DNA of 57,576 nt, filler included, from Basidioascus undulatus (lineage: Eukaryota): NCBI GenBank assembly GCA_000826855.1. It is 3 parts of 3 records of this genome, joined end to end, with 100 filler letters (N's around TTAATTAATTAA, not from the genome) between each part and the next. Parts side by side here need not be neighbours in the genome. Positions count along the whole stretch, not along the records: positions 38,458 to 57,576 come from JTLS01000434.1; 2 more parts are not named here. One strand, given 5' to 3'. Every line of letters starts with the position of its first letter. Positions within the stretch are counted from its first letter, which is position 1. Shown in pieces: positions 38,458-49,690 of this stretch. The position numbers were made by a program, and so were the translations under genes. The notes under the pieces were generated by a model. That model was not told the DNA's origin and ran no database searches. It worked only from the letters and a program-made list of their open reading frames with translations.

Positions 38458-39664
38458 TGTATAAAATGGTGGGAGCTGGCACTGCTGCATCTACATCGAA
38501 GTCACTCCCCTGCACGGTTCACTCAGCTTGCATCGACGACGAAGCGAGGAACCGATATGCCGACATATTCCACTATAATCTTCAATACATAAAGCGTCTC
38601 ATGGCCAAGTAGCTACTAAGACATCTTAATCGACGCCGAGCACGTTCGGGGGATCTCATCCCCCCTTGGTCGCTTTCTTTTTGCTCCGACTGGAAGTATT
38701 CTTTCTGAACGTACGCGTTTCGGCAGTCCTGGGAATTCGTTCTAGACAAGTAGCTTATCGGAGTTTTTCTGTGCCATTTTGAGGTCGACAGATGGTGTGT
38801 ACCCGCCCTTCCCGTTGTATTGGCTTCGGAACCAGCTGCAGACCTTCAGAAATCACTGCCGCAGACGAGAGGGCTGGGTTTGCTGGTACGGATCTCGCCA
38901 AGTAGCTACTTCACTCGGTCGCTTTCTTCTTTGCTTAGGCGCAAGTGTTTCTTTCTTGGCGCATGTAATATCACATTCCATGCCGCCGTAACAAGGAATA
39001 CAGAGTCGGTTGGGCATGTGCCTTTTCGGGGGGTTTTTTGTTTCTGGATGACCTGGGGATGGATTAAATGCGCAGTGGTCGACTGTCGTGCTTGCGTCCC
39101 CATAGGCGTTCTTCCCGATGTGCAACGGTGGGGAATAGTCTGCGTATATTCTACCGGATACCCTAACGCTCCGAAACGTCTGTCGCTTGATTTTCCTCAA
39201 TGTCTGAACCCCCAGCGCCCGCCCCTCCCTGCCTGCCATTACGCCCGCAGGGGTTCAAGTGCGAGGAGCAGGTTTGTTTGAGCCCTCAGGGCCACTGGTT
39301 GGGTTTGACACAGTTCGTCTCAATGTATCAGATTTCATCCTTTGAGAGAGTAGCAGGAGAAGGAGAAGTGCGGGGGACAGACTTAGTCGATCGGGAGTGC
39401 TCGCGCTGCAGCAGACCCGTTGTGACCAGACGTTGTTCAGGACCTGCCGCGGTGACATGAACTCTGGTCATGATGGCCTACAAGCAAGGAAATTATGGTG
39501 CTCGAATCCCAGAACGTTTGAAGAATCCTTCATTTCATCCTTCTCCAGCTCCTGGATCCCAATCCCCTCCTTCCCTTCATGCCCGCCCCCTCCGCCCCGG
39601 CGCTCGCCATACTGCTCTTCTCTCGTCTTTTCGATCCTGTCCGCCTGCGCACCAGCAGTGGACT

Positions 39665-40146
39665 TTAGAAACGTTTCTGAGCCGCCACGGTGGCTCGATA
39701 ATCCAGCAGCAGAACGAAACCAGCGACGAGTGCCGCGGCTGCGATGCCGGAGTCGAACGACTTGAACGGGGCCTCGATGTCTGTTTCACACCAGGTCCTA
39801 GGTGCTCAAGAACCCCTCCATGCTTCTCCCCGTGCCAAACTCAAGAGGCAGAACGCAAGGCTTATGACCGGCCCAAGGGCGACGAGGGGAGCGAGCGCGG
39901 AGAAGGTGGATGATAGGCGCGAGCTCAGCCGAAGCCGGAACGGTTGACGAGGAAGACAATCATTTGGTAGAAAGAGGTCAGCCCCATGCCGCTGAGGAGG
40001 ATGGTGTCCAGGTATCAAAGGCGGTCGCAGGGTAGGGGGCGACTCTCCGGGGGGGTGGTCTCAAAGGTGCGGCGGGTGTACTTGATGATGAAGATGGAGA
40101 GCAGAAGGATGGTGGCGTCGAATGTGAGATTGTAAAGGGCCCCCAT
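39665..40146 (-). pseudogene. disrupted small membrane-protein gene
   Basis: MGALYNLTFDATILLLSIFIIKYTRR...CDRL*YLDTILLSGMGLTSFYQMIVFLV... has in-frame TGA at 40015-40017 and 39925-39927, then further hydrophobic segments (ALAPLVALGPVISL; GIAAAALVAGFVLLL) reached only via a frameshift or intron. Confidence 0.4.
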
Positions 40147-40746
40147 GTCGATGGATTGGGGTAGGGAAGTGGGCGGCGAGGGTAAGAGGGCAATAGGCGA
40201 AGGAAGGCACGGCCGCAACGTACTTTCAGGGGCGGCTGGGCAGACTCAGGTTTCCGACCAGGGTGAGGCATACTGAATACCCAGCTCTCGAGTGCGTCTA
40301 TAAAAAGTAGCTTCCAAAAAGGGGGGAAGGATGTTTTGAACTGCACCAAACTGTTGCGGGCGATGGGGTTGCGCTGCTGCCGTCGGCGCTGTGCACGATG
40401 AACTGTGGGACAGAAGCGACTGTGCTCCTAGGTCGGCCAGAACATCGGGATGACAGTGCAGTGCAAGTCAGGATCCACATCTCCCTAAGGCTTTTGCTCT
40501 ATCCTGCTTGAAGCGCGAAAGTTGCGGGACATAATGCGACAAAGTCGGATGTCAACGTCTCCCCGGGACTGTAAAGACGCCGGGTGACAGAGTGCCCACC
40601 AGGTTAGCTTTGCGTTTCCTAACGGTTCATGTGAGTTTCTGCAAACGTGGGCTTTCCGCACTTGACATTGTGTAGATAGGGATCGAACTGTGTCTGTAAT
40701 TTGGGTCGAAAGGAAGAGTATTAGTCGCACAGCCTCAGTAACTACA

Positions 40747-40818
40747 GCAGCAGTAACTTAGTGGTAGAGTGTCAGATTGCAAATCTGGAAGTCCCCGGTT
40801 CGATCCCGGGCTGTTGCT
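40747..40818 (+). tRNA. tRNA-Cys (GCA)
   Basis: GCAGCAG/CTGTTGC acceptor stem, TCAGA-TTGCAAA-TCTGG anticodon arm, GGTTCGATCC T-loop, U73 discriminator, followed by a T-run. Confidence 0.92.
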
Positions 40819-41180
40819 TTTGTATGCCCACCACCCTTGGCGCTTTGATGAATCAAAACAGTGTCGATCTCATGACTTGTTGTCTTTTTGTAAAGAAAAA
40901 AGGTCCCCTCTGGGCTTGATCGTGCGTCGTTGTTTCCAGCGACGCGCAAGCCTGCAGCTGCCGATGTGCCGTGCGGCAAGATTCCACGTTCTGGCTGACT
41001 AAAGCGAATGACGAAATCCGCGACCAGGGTCTCGGAGCTGACGAGGCCACCACGAAGACCCTATCTCTAGCCTTCTTGTTTCTCAATCTTCACCATCTAA
41101 TAACACTCAGTAAGCCCTAGATGATCGTCGTGTACATCTGTCTAGACGGGCTTAGCTGAATGAAGCCGCGCAGCAGCACC

Positions 41181-42163
41181 ATGGTTCAGCGCATCGTCTT
41201 CTACACCAACAAGGGTGCGTCTTCCTTCTCCTGTGACTGAGGTTGCCCACACCTGAGAATTGGATCACTTTCAGGTTGCCCGTACGCGCAGCGTGGTAAG
41301 CCATCTACGCTCGAGCTTCTCCTTCTCCTTTGTTCACTAACCCACCCCCTCCGGCCAGCCCACATCGCCCTCCTTGAGGCCAACGCCTCCTTCGAGCACG
41401 TCGAGATCGACCTCCAGAACAAGCCGTCCTGGTACAATGAGATCAACGCCGCGCTGAAGGTGCCCGCGGTCGTCTACGGCGGCCCCTTCTCCGCGCCCGT
41501 GGAGAGTGTGCCCGAGGGCGCCGCGTCGATCCCCGAGAGCCTCGTCCTGCTCGACTTCATCGCGGATGTCTTCCCCGACGCGGGCCTCCTGCCTGTGGAC
41601 CCCGTCCAGCGCGCCAAGGTCAGGCTGTTCATTGATGCGGTCGGGAACAAGTTTGGGCCGGCGTGGGCGGGGTGGTCCTTCCAGGGGTGCATGCGCTTGC
41701 TTTTGTCTCCCCTCGTCTTCGCGCTGACTTGCCTCTTTCAAAACCAAAAGCAAGCCCGCCTCTGCAATCCTCGACGCAGTGACGGCGCTCCAGGCGCAGC
41801 TGTCGCGCGAGGGCGACTACTTCCTCGGCTCGACCTTCTCCATCGCGGACATCGCGCTCGCGCCCTTCGTTCAGCGCTTCCGCGCCATGGCGGCCGCGGG
41901 CGTCTGCGCTGGCGATGCGGACGAGGGCAAGCGCGTTCTTGAGACGCTTGAGAAGGACGCGGAGTTTGAGCGCTGGAGGAAGTGGGAGAGCAAGGTGCTC
42001 CGCCAGTCGACTGTCAAGTCTACCTACCCTGGTGTAAGTGCCATGGCGCGAGCAGTGCCGGATAAGATGAATGGAAGGATCTAATAGATGGCGACTGTGA
42101 CAGGACGAGTTCATCGTGGAAAGGTTCCGCACGAAGATCAACCAGCTCAAGGCGCAGGCTTAA
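41181..42163 (+). CDS. glutathione S-transferase, omega-like (CPYA active site)
   Basis: MVQRIVFYTNKGCPYAQRAHIAL...EIDLQNKPSWY...KVPAV...ESLVLLDFIAD...YFLGSTFSIADIALAPF. Confidence 0.92.
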
Positions 42164-42768
42164 GGTGCCGCTCGCGCGCGATGAGGTGGTCTGATTGGTT
42201 GCAGACACTCTTGACATGACGGGAAGGCTGACTGAATGATACAATGTATGGATGCAAATAATTGCTTGAAGCCGTAACGCACGGGCATTCCCCGTCCCCT
42301 TGGGACTGACTCACATTCCGAAAGTTTTGAATCAAGCGAGGTAAAAGACGCAATACTCCGATTGCCTGTATCAGAATCACAGTACCGAATGTTGTGAACC
42401 CCTGCCCACAGATGAGCTCGTATCTTCGCCCTGCAGCTGTGCAGCTGCCAACTTTGTCGGTCTCGTGTCAGCAGCGACTGCAAGTTCGGAGATGGCCCTC
42501 TATGTCATCTCCTGAAACCGTCGACCGTTCCGACTTCATCGCATGCATATCAGTGCATTTAGTATTTCTGCCTGCTGATCAGTCCCATGACAGCAAAGCA
42601 TACAAAGCCGCTGCGAGGACGCTCCATCGTCCCGCCACGCTACGGCAATCCACGCACGGCCCGCTGCACTGTTCCACTGTCCAGTTTGTGGAACTTCCCC
42701 GCATTAACCACCTCACATCTTACCACCATTCTTCGCTCGTTCATCTACGTCGACATTTACCGAAAAAG

Positions 42769-45422
42769 ATGTTTGGAATTCAGCGGGTGCTCACAATGGC
42801 TGCGGCGATGCCAGCTTTGGCGGCTGCAACGGAGGTGGCTCGGCTTCCATGTACGTCGCCAGTCTGTGTAGAAGTCTTCCGTGGTCTTTCTCTGAGACTT
42901 TATTGTGATACGCATGGCTACTAGTCCTGGGCTACAACACTTGGGTGAGGTCTTTTAGCAACAAGGTTAGCCGCCGCTTCAGGTGACTAATCGACTGCTG
43001 AGATTGATTGCAAGAATCGCTACGGAGTATGACAAACCGATTCACTTGGGCGCCAGGCCTTCTGGCTGACGGGGCTAGCAATCGCAGTGCGACATCAACG
43101 AGACTTTAATCGTCGAAACGGCGCAGGCAATGAAGGACCTGGGTTTACAGGACCTCGGATACAACTACGTCAATCTCGGTGAGATTTTTCTTGAGGGATA
43201 GTCTCCTTTGTCCCTCTATATCATGACTCCGGTATGATGCTCATCTGCTGTCGCAGATGACTGCTGGTCCCTCAAGAACCGGTCCGCCGACGGCCGCCTC
43301 GTTCCCGACCCCATCAAGTTCCCGTCGGGCATCGCGAATCTTTCAAGCGTGATACATGGCATGGGCTTGTGAGTTCCCAAAAAACTCCAACCCAGGAAGA
43401 AGATTCCGAACAAATTTTGATTCTTGTGTACCTCTCAAACAGCAAGCTCGGCATTTACGGTGATGCAGTGAGCGCGAACCTAGGAAGTTTTATGGCACAA
43501 GCAGCTAGCTGACTAGGCTATTCAAGGGATATGGGACTTGCGCTGGGTATCCGGGATCGTTCGGATACGAGCAGGTCGATGCAGAGACTTGGGCCGGATG
43601 GGGTGTTAAGGTGCGTGTTTTGCATTTCACAAAATCATGAGATGTTGGAATGGCACTCACCTTCCCTCCGCAGCTTCTCAAATAGTGAAGCGTACTTTAA
43701 ACATGATCCCCCCGGCATTTCTCACCTAACTCTGAACAGCGACAATTGCTACATTCCCGAGGACAGAGTAGTCAAGGGGAACGTGCGGTCGCGTGAGCGC
43801 AATGTTGTTTCTCTAAAGGAAGGGCAGCGCTAACGAGGTGAAGTTCAGGCTATATTCGTAAGATGGACTTAGCTGGCGTGCAGGGCTATGGATTACAACT
43901 GGGAGTCTATCTTCTTTCGCAGGTATGAGGGACGCCCTGAACAACGTTGCGGAACAGTCGGGAGCAGACCCCATAGTTTACAGCCTCTGTCCTTGGGGTA
44001 TGCTCTTCTCAATTGTCTCTATAGAGTCTCATTCATCTACCTTCTATCCTCCTCAGGCTGGGATGCGGTGTGGGAATGGGGCAAAGAAGTCGGCCAATCG
44101 TGGCGTGTGAGCCTTGCTGATCCTCTCTCCTTGTGCCACCGCTGACCACTCCTCTTCCAGACCACCGGCGACATCAACCCCTGGTGGGGTTCTTTGGCTT
44201 CAATCATCAACCGGTAGGAGTCACTCTGGGGTTAGAACACTCTCCACTCGCAAGTCCAACATGCGTTTTAATAAGGAACTCGTTCATCACTGCCTACGCC
44301 GACTTCGGAGCTCATAACGATCTCGACATGGTGGGTTCTGAATAATCTCCATATCCTGTGTAGCGTTATGACATGGTCCACAAACAACCCAGCTCCAAAT
44401 AGGAAACGGCAACCTCACTGTCGCAGAAGCCCAGTGTATTTTTCCTCAAGCACTACCTCACCTGCCATTGGCTGACACCCTCCCTGGATTACAGCACACT
44501 TCACGGCATGGGCATTCATGAAGTCTCCTCTACTGATTGGAACCGATGTGCGTCGCGTCGTTGAGTTGCAGCACGGTTTCTGATGCCTTCCCGTAGATGT
44601 CGGCTCTCGCTCCGGAATTCCTGGAGGTCTTGTCCAACCAGGAGATCATTGAGATCAATCAAGGTACCAGATGTGCTGTGTTTTTGAAAGAGTCCGACTT
44701 AATGAAAGATTTTCCAGATCCGGTTTATGGAAAGTCCATTTCGCCGTTCCGCTGGGGCATCAACGTGAGTTCTCAAGACTTCGTCACGCCGCCCACGCTG
44801 CTAACTGATCCATTTCGTTAGCCTGACTGGACTTGGAATGAGACGTGAGCCACTGTACCGCACTCTCTTATTTGATTGTGCAAAATTGAGTTAAGTATCC
44901 CTTGACTGCAGGCACCCCGCACAATACTGGTCCGGTCAATCACAGAACGGGACGATCGTGATGCTGGTAGGAGCGAAGCTGCTCTCGCCACTCCAGGATT
45001 TTCCCCAACACATCCTTTATATGCCCCCATTCAGATAAATACACTCGACACTCCCGCCACCCTCTTCTTCAACCTCACCGAGTCTCCCTGGTTGCTGGAT
45101 GGATACGAATACGCCGTCCGCGACCTCTGGGCACACAAAGAGCTCGGCTACGCGCTCCGAAACTGGACGCAAGAGCTTCCACCACACGGAGTTGCTGCGC
45201 TCTTGATGCATGATCCCATCGAAGAGGTGCGCATTGCCCATATTTCTGACCTAGAATGTCCCCGTTGATGTTTGCTTGTTGACAGCCGGCGGACACTTGG
45301 CCTCTGTGTGCGGAATGGTTGTAAGTTGTTCAATCTCCCATTAGGAGCAGGAGATAGGCAGTATTACTGACAATGAGACCAGCCAATGCTCACTCCCCAA
45401 TCTCACGCGTCTGGGCTTGTGA
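42769..45422 (+). CDS. secreted alpha-galactosidase, glycoside hydrolase family 27
   Basis: Signal peptide; [42 protein letters not shown] (nucleophile), SWRTTGDI (acid/base), [26 protein letters not shown] and EINQD. Confidence 0.94.
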
Positions 45423-46165
45423 AGAGCGAAAAATCCAACTCTTTGCGCGGTACCAGTGCACCAGCCGAACTGCTCGCACTGCTCCATGTATTATTTTTTG
45501 AGTCCCGGTGAATAAACAATGCACTGTAAAGAACAGATGGTTACAGTCGCGAACAGACCGACTCGCGCATTACAATAAGCATTGCCATAATCAGTGTCCC
45601 GCCTGTATGATCAGCGTCCACCCTGCTTCCGCTGTTGCAATGATGTTTGTACCAAACGGAGGCAGAACAACGACAACGGGGAGATTTTGAGCTGGGAAAT
45701 AGAGGGGATATTAAGCCCGTGGTGTTGGGTCAGGAACAAGAAGCACCAGGTTCAACGTCTCCTGGGTCAGCGCGATGTTTCTCAGCCCTGGGGCCTGGCG
45801 AAAGGGTAGCCCCTGCAGTGTGACAATGCTGCAAGGCTATATACTGTAGTATTTTCTTACCATTTTAAAGTGTCAACGGACCTAATTTGCGCCGTTCTTT
45901 CGCGGCTGAGACTGCCAGTGTCGCGCGGGGGGTCGGTGAGGTGATAGACAACGCGAAGAGCCTGTGCCTATCAGAACCGCAAGTCTCTATCCCAGTATTG
46001 AGGGAAGCGAATTAGCCTTCATATTCGTTCGACAAACGTACGCTCAATAGGCAACCCAGATCATATACAGGGCATCTGGGTCGCTTGCCGACATTGTTCT
46101 TCACCCACTCCAACCTTCCACCTCTCCGACAGAACTTCTCCCGACTACCACGTCAAGCCACCACC

Positions 46166-46830
46166 ATGCTCTCTTCCGCTATTCTTGTGCTCTGTGGCGC
46201 CGTCGCCCTGGCCTCCGCCGCACCGCACGCTCCTCGCTCCTCGGCCGGCACCACCTGCAAGTTCGTCTGCCCGCACCAGGACAACGGCGGATTCAAGCTC
46301 GGCCAGAAGGACGAGGCAGGTTAGTCCTCATATCCGACTGATTATATGGAAAAATTCTTGAAGTTAGTGATCTTATTATGTCGGTGTCCGCAGCGAACCC
46401 TCTCTTCTGCTCCTTCCCTACCCGGCCGGACTAGGACCCCGACCAGTTCTACTGCAAGTACAACGCCGTGTGTCCCACGCTACCATCCCCGGACGTCCCC
46501 AACCTCCCTACTCACAGTGCACCCATTCGAAATGAAAATCATGTCACCGGCGCCCAGGTAGAGGACCACGATGAGCACCTCTGCCCCGCCGGCGCGCAGG
46601 GGAGCTGCAGCCTCGGTCGGAGGGCGCAAGAAGGAACTGAAAGGAAGCCCAGAAGACCGCAGGGGTCTCAAAGAGAAGAACGGCGCGGGGAGCCTGAAGC
46701 GTCCACTGGAGATCCCGGAGGATCGAAGGGCTCTGATGGAGAAGGACGGGGCTTGGCGCTTGAGCCATCCGCTGCAGGACGTCCCCGAGGAGCTGGAGAT
46801 GATGTCATGAAGGCGCAGCGCAAGGTGTAG
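46166..46830 (+). pseudogene. small secreted cysteine-rich protein with a repeat tail, disabled
   Basis: Signal peptide MLSSAILVLCGAVALASA and Cys pattern CKFVCP...LFCSF...FYCKY...HLCP...C. In-frame TAG at 46432-46434, intron-2 acceptor reads CAT (46540-46542), and a frameshift precedes the repeat tail. Confidence 0.7.
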
Positions 46831-47594
46831 TTGGGATCTGCGAGGGAAATGGGAGGAAGAGGAACAAGAGAGGTGCTTTATGGGGTTGATGCAGAGGGGG
46901 AATGGTAGCTTGTACCTGAAGGAGGAGAAATGAAAACGAAGGTGCGAGCAATGTTGTTGCGTTGTTGCACAATCGCCTGCACTATACCCTATCTACGTGC
47001 AGAAAAAACCTTCATACGAGCGCCGGATTAAGAAAAACATCACAGGTTTGCCGAAGGGTACCTTTCAACTGCACGTCCTCTGAAGTCTCTGTAATAATGC
47101 TTGCCCTCACATCATGATGTGGCTCTAAGTACGGTGTTGCGCATTTGCGGGAAGATTAATGGAACAGATGCCATTGAAGTTACTGGTTCTGTCTTGAGCA
47201 TATCGGAGGTCAGCGCCCCCTGACTCTCTGCTCGCAGCTCGCAGCTCGCAGCTTTTGAGTTGGACTGTGAGGTGGTATGCCCGCTGTATGCCTGAGGGTG
47301 AAGGTTCGGAACTCGTCCGTAACCATGGGAGAGCTGCAATGCGTGTGCTACGTGTCAAGTGTCAAGTGGAACTGCATTGACTTTGTGCTGGTACCCTGTA
47401 AACCAGAGGCATGCACGCTTGAACGCGTGCAGCGCTCAGACGCCGAGTAATAGGGCGGAGAGCATGTGAAAGTCATCGATAGCGCAGGCGCAAACCCAGG
47501 TACACAGGATCCCCGTTCATCGATTTCCGCTCTCATCGCCATATCTCCCCGGCTGCGCTCAACAGAGCTTCCGAGCCTCATATTACCTTGCCTA

Positions 47595-48259
47595 TCATAA
47601 AGAGAACTCGAGCCCTGTCCCCTCCTTCCAACTGTCAACCTTTCGCTCTTCCGTTTCTGCAGGCCAAGGATGAGGCGACTCACGGTTCCCCGTGTAATCC
47701 CTCGCAAAGAACCGCTGCGGATACTCTCTTCCCTGTGCCCCACCTGTTCCCTCACCCCCCATCCTGCCTCAGCCTCCTCCCTCCCTCTCTAACCCTTCCC
47801 CCAGCGAACAGACGCACTATTGACCTCCCCCGGCTGATCCGCCTCCCTCGGCGCCGCCTCCCCCCCCTTCTGGAAGGCGTCCCACACGCGCTGCCTCAAG
47901 CTCAGCAGCGCCTCGCCCGACTCCAGCTTGAAGCACGGGTGCCGCTTGGAGGATGGTTGGAGCGGCGTGGAGGGGTCGAAGGAGATGTGAATTTGCTGCC
48001 CCGAGGTGGAGATGTTGAACCACCGGAGCGTGTCTTTTTGGAGGGAGGGCACCGGCTGGGGTGGGGGAGGGAGGAAGAGGGAGGTTAGTGGGGTGGGAAG
48101 GGAGGAAGGGGAGGAGGAGAGGAGGCGGACGGAGGGTTGTAAACCGAGCAGGACGCCGTAGAACTCGTCTGCGAGGTGCAGCGTCCCCGCAGGGACGGAG
48201 AGGTTGATGTGCGCTAGGGAGGCGATGCCTTGGGGTTCGACGGTGGGCAGCGCGGTCAT
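47595..48259 (-). CDS. glyoxalase/bleomycin-resistance (VOC) family protein
   Basis: LAHINLSVPAGTLHLADEFYGVLLG...WFNI...QQIHIS...RHPCFKL...RFFARDYTGNRLEFSL-TGA. Confidence 0.88.
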
Positions 48260-49156
48260 AGTTGGGAAATGTCGGGAGGAGTAGGGGGAAGGAGGAGGTA
48301 CGGCAGAGGGGGGGGGGCGATGGCGACATGAAGGGGGGAAGGGCCGGGCCGAGGTGCCGGGTGGTGGTCGGGTGTTCGAATCGGGATGTGGTAGCATTTA
48401 AATACCTGTTTTCCTCAAGTGTACATTCAAGGTCATTTGGCATACTCTCTCGCGACGTGAAGCTTAGGTTGGGGCTGTCGTATATGGCTTTTTGCATTTA
48501 TACATCGCTGTTCGCTGCTGCAGCCTGCTGCACGCGAGCGCGCCCTTTTCCCGCGCTGCCCTCACGCTCTCCCCCCTCCGCCCTCATCGCCCGCCTCGCC
48601 CACCTCATACGCACCACCTACAGCTCCCTTTCCCACACACCCCAGTACCCTCATTCTCGCACATCCAGCGTCTTCCCCGTAAAGTATGCTGCCCCTTCCC
48701 CACGGTCTTCGCCCCCACCCCTCAACTAAACCGGACTTCCCTTAGGAACCCCTCCTCTTCCAGCATGCCCCCCAGGCGATACACGTACCACCCCAAGCCG
48801 CAGGCCCTTCTTTATCTTATTTAAGTGCACGGAAGTGCGACACGACATGCACGTCCGAGCTCGTTCCGACCCCTCCCTCGACCCTACCAGTCATCCTATT
48901 TCCCTGCATGCGATGGGCGGATACGCTTGGTCCAAGACGTGTTTGTTGAGGAAGCATTCGGAGGTCTGCAAACACACGCCCAGAAAAAGAAGGAGATGCC
49001 TGGTCCGAGTCTCGTGAACATGTAGAGGGAACATTAGCTGATTCTTGCAATCTGAGCACAGGGCAGGGACCAGGCAGGATACACAGTGGCGGCAGTCGGG
49101 AACGGGCCAATCTGCTGTTTCTCGACTGGTCCACAAGGGTCTGTACGCGTTATTAT

Positions 49157-49690
49157 TTAGTCTCTGAGGAAGGCCTCCGTAAGCCTCAGTGCGGTAGCCT
49201 TCGACGTGAGCTGGGGCACCGGAGGGGCCCTCAGGACTCTGCCTTGCAACGCTCTCGGCTTGGGTACTGGGAACCTTGACGGGGGTTGGACTACCAGGCC
49301 TCTGCCCACTGTCGACCCTACGGCGGCGGTCCTGTCGGTATCCAGGGGGCACGCTGTGCATATGCGTACCCGACGGGGTGGTTCGTCCGCTGACCTGGCT
49401 TGGTAAGTTACCACTTTCACGGAGGCTCCGCAATATTCACATAGGTCTTGAGGGGGCATGACATCCATGCCCGCACAACCCCCTAGTTGTGCACCCCCCG
49501 TCACCCCCAAAGTAAGGGCGCCCCTCAGGGCGCGTCCTGCACCGCGAGCACTGACCCAAGATCCGTTAAGTATGAGGGTGCAAGCTGCAAGTCGGCGGCA
49601 TGCTCGAGGCGTGAACGCGAGCGTGTCAACCGGCACCGTACGTTTTAGGATTTTACCCGAAGGATTATCTTGTAGCACAGTCCTGGACAT
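49157..49690 (-). CDS. intronless 177-aa ORF carrying a TFIIS/Rpa12/Rpc11-type C-terminal zinc ribbon; probably a fragment of a foreign element
   Basis: CEYCGASVKVVTYQARSADEPPRRVRICTAC (49349-49441) is CxxC-x23-CxxC with the RSADEP acidic hairpin. There are no introns, no TFIIS domain I/II and no N-terminal Rpb9-type ribbon. Confidence 0.75.
   Translation of the reverse strand: MSRTVLQDNPSGKILKRTVPVDTLAFTPRACRRLAACTLILNGSWVSARGAGRALRGALTLGVTGGAQLGGCAGMDVMPPQDLCEYCGASVKVVTYQARSADEPPRRVRICTACPLDTDRTAAVGSTVGRGLVVQPPSRFPVPKPRALQGRVLRAPPVPQLTSKATALRLTEAFLRD

Noticed and set aside
20817..46434. In-frame stops as stop-codon reassignment, selenocysteine or A-to-I editing
   Set aside because: All three stop types occur, they co-occur with frameshifts and broken splice sites, and intact genes here terminate at TAA, TAG and TGA normally.
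49157..49690. Ordinary host TFIIS (DST1) or RPA12/RPC11 gene
   Set aside because: It lacks the other domains, the ribbon is internal rather than C-terminal, and the ORF is intronless; kept instead as a foreign-element candidate.
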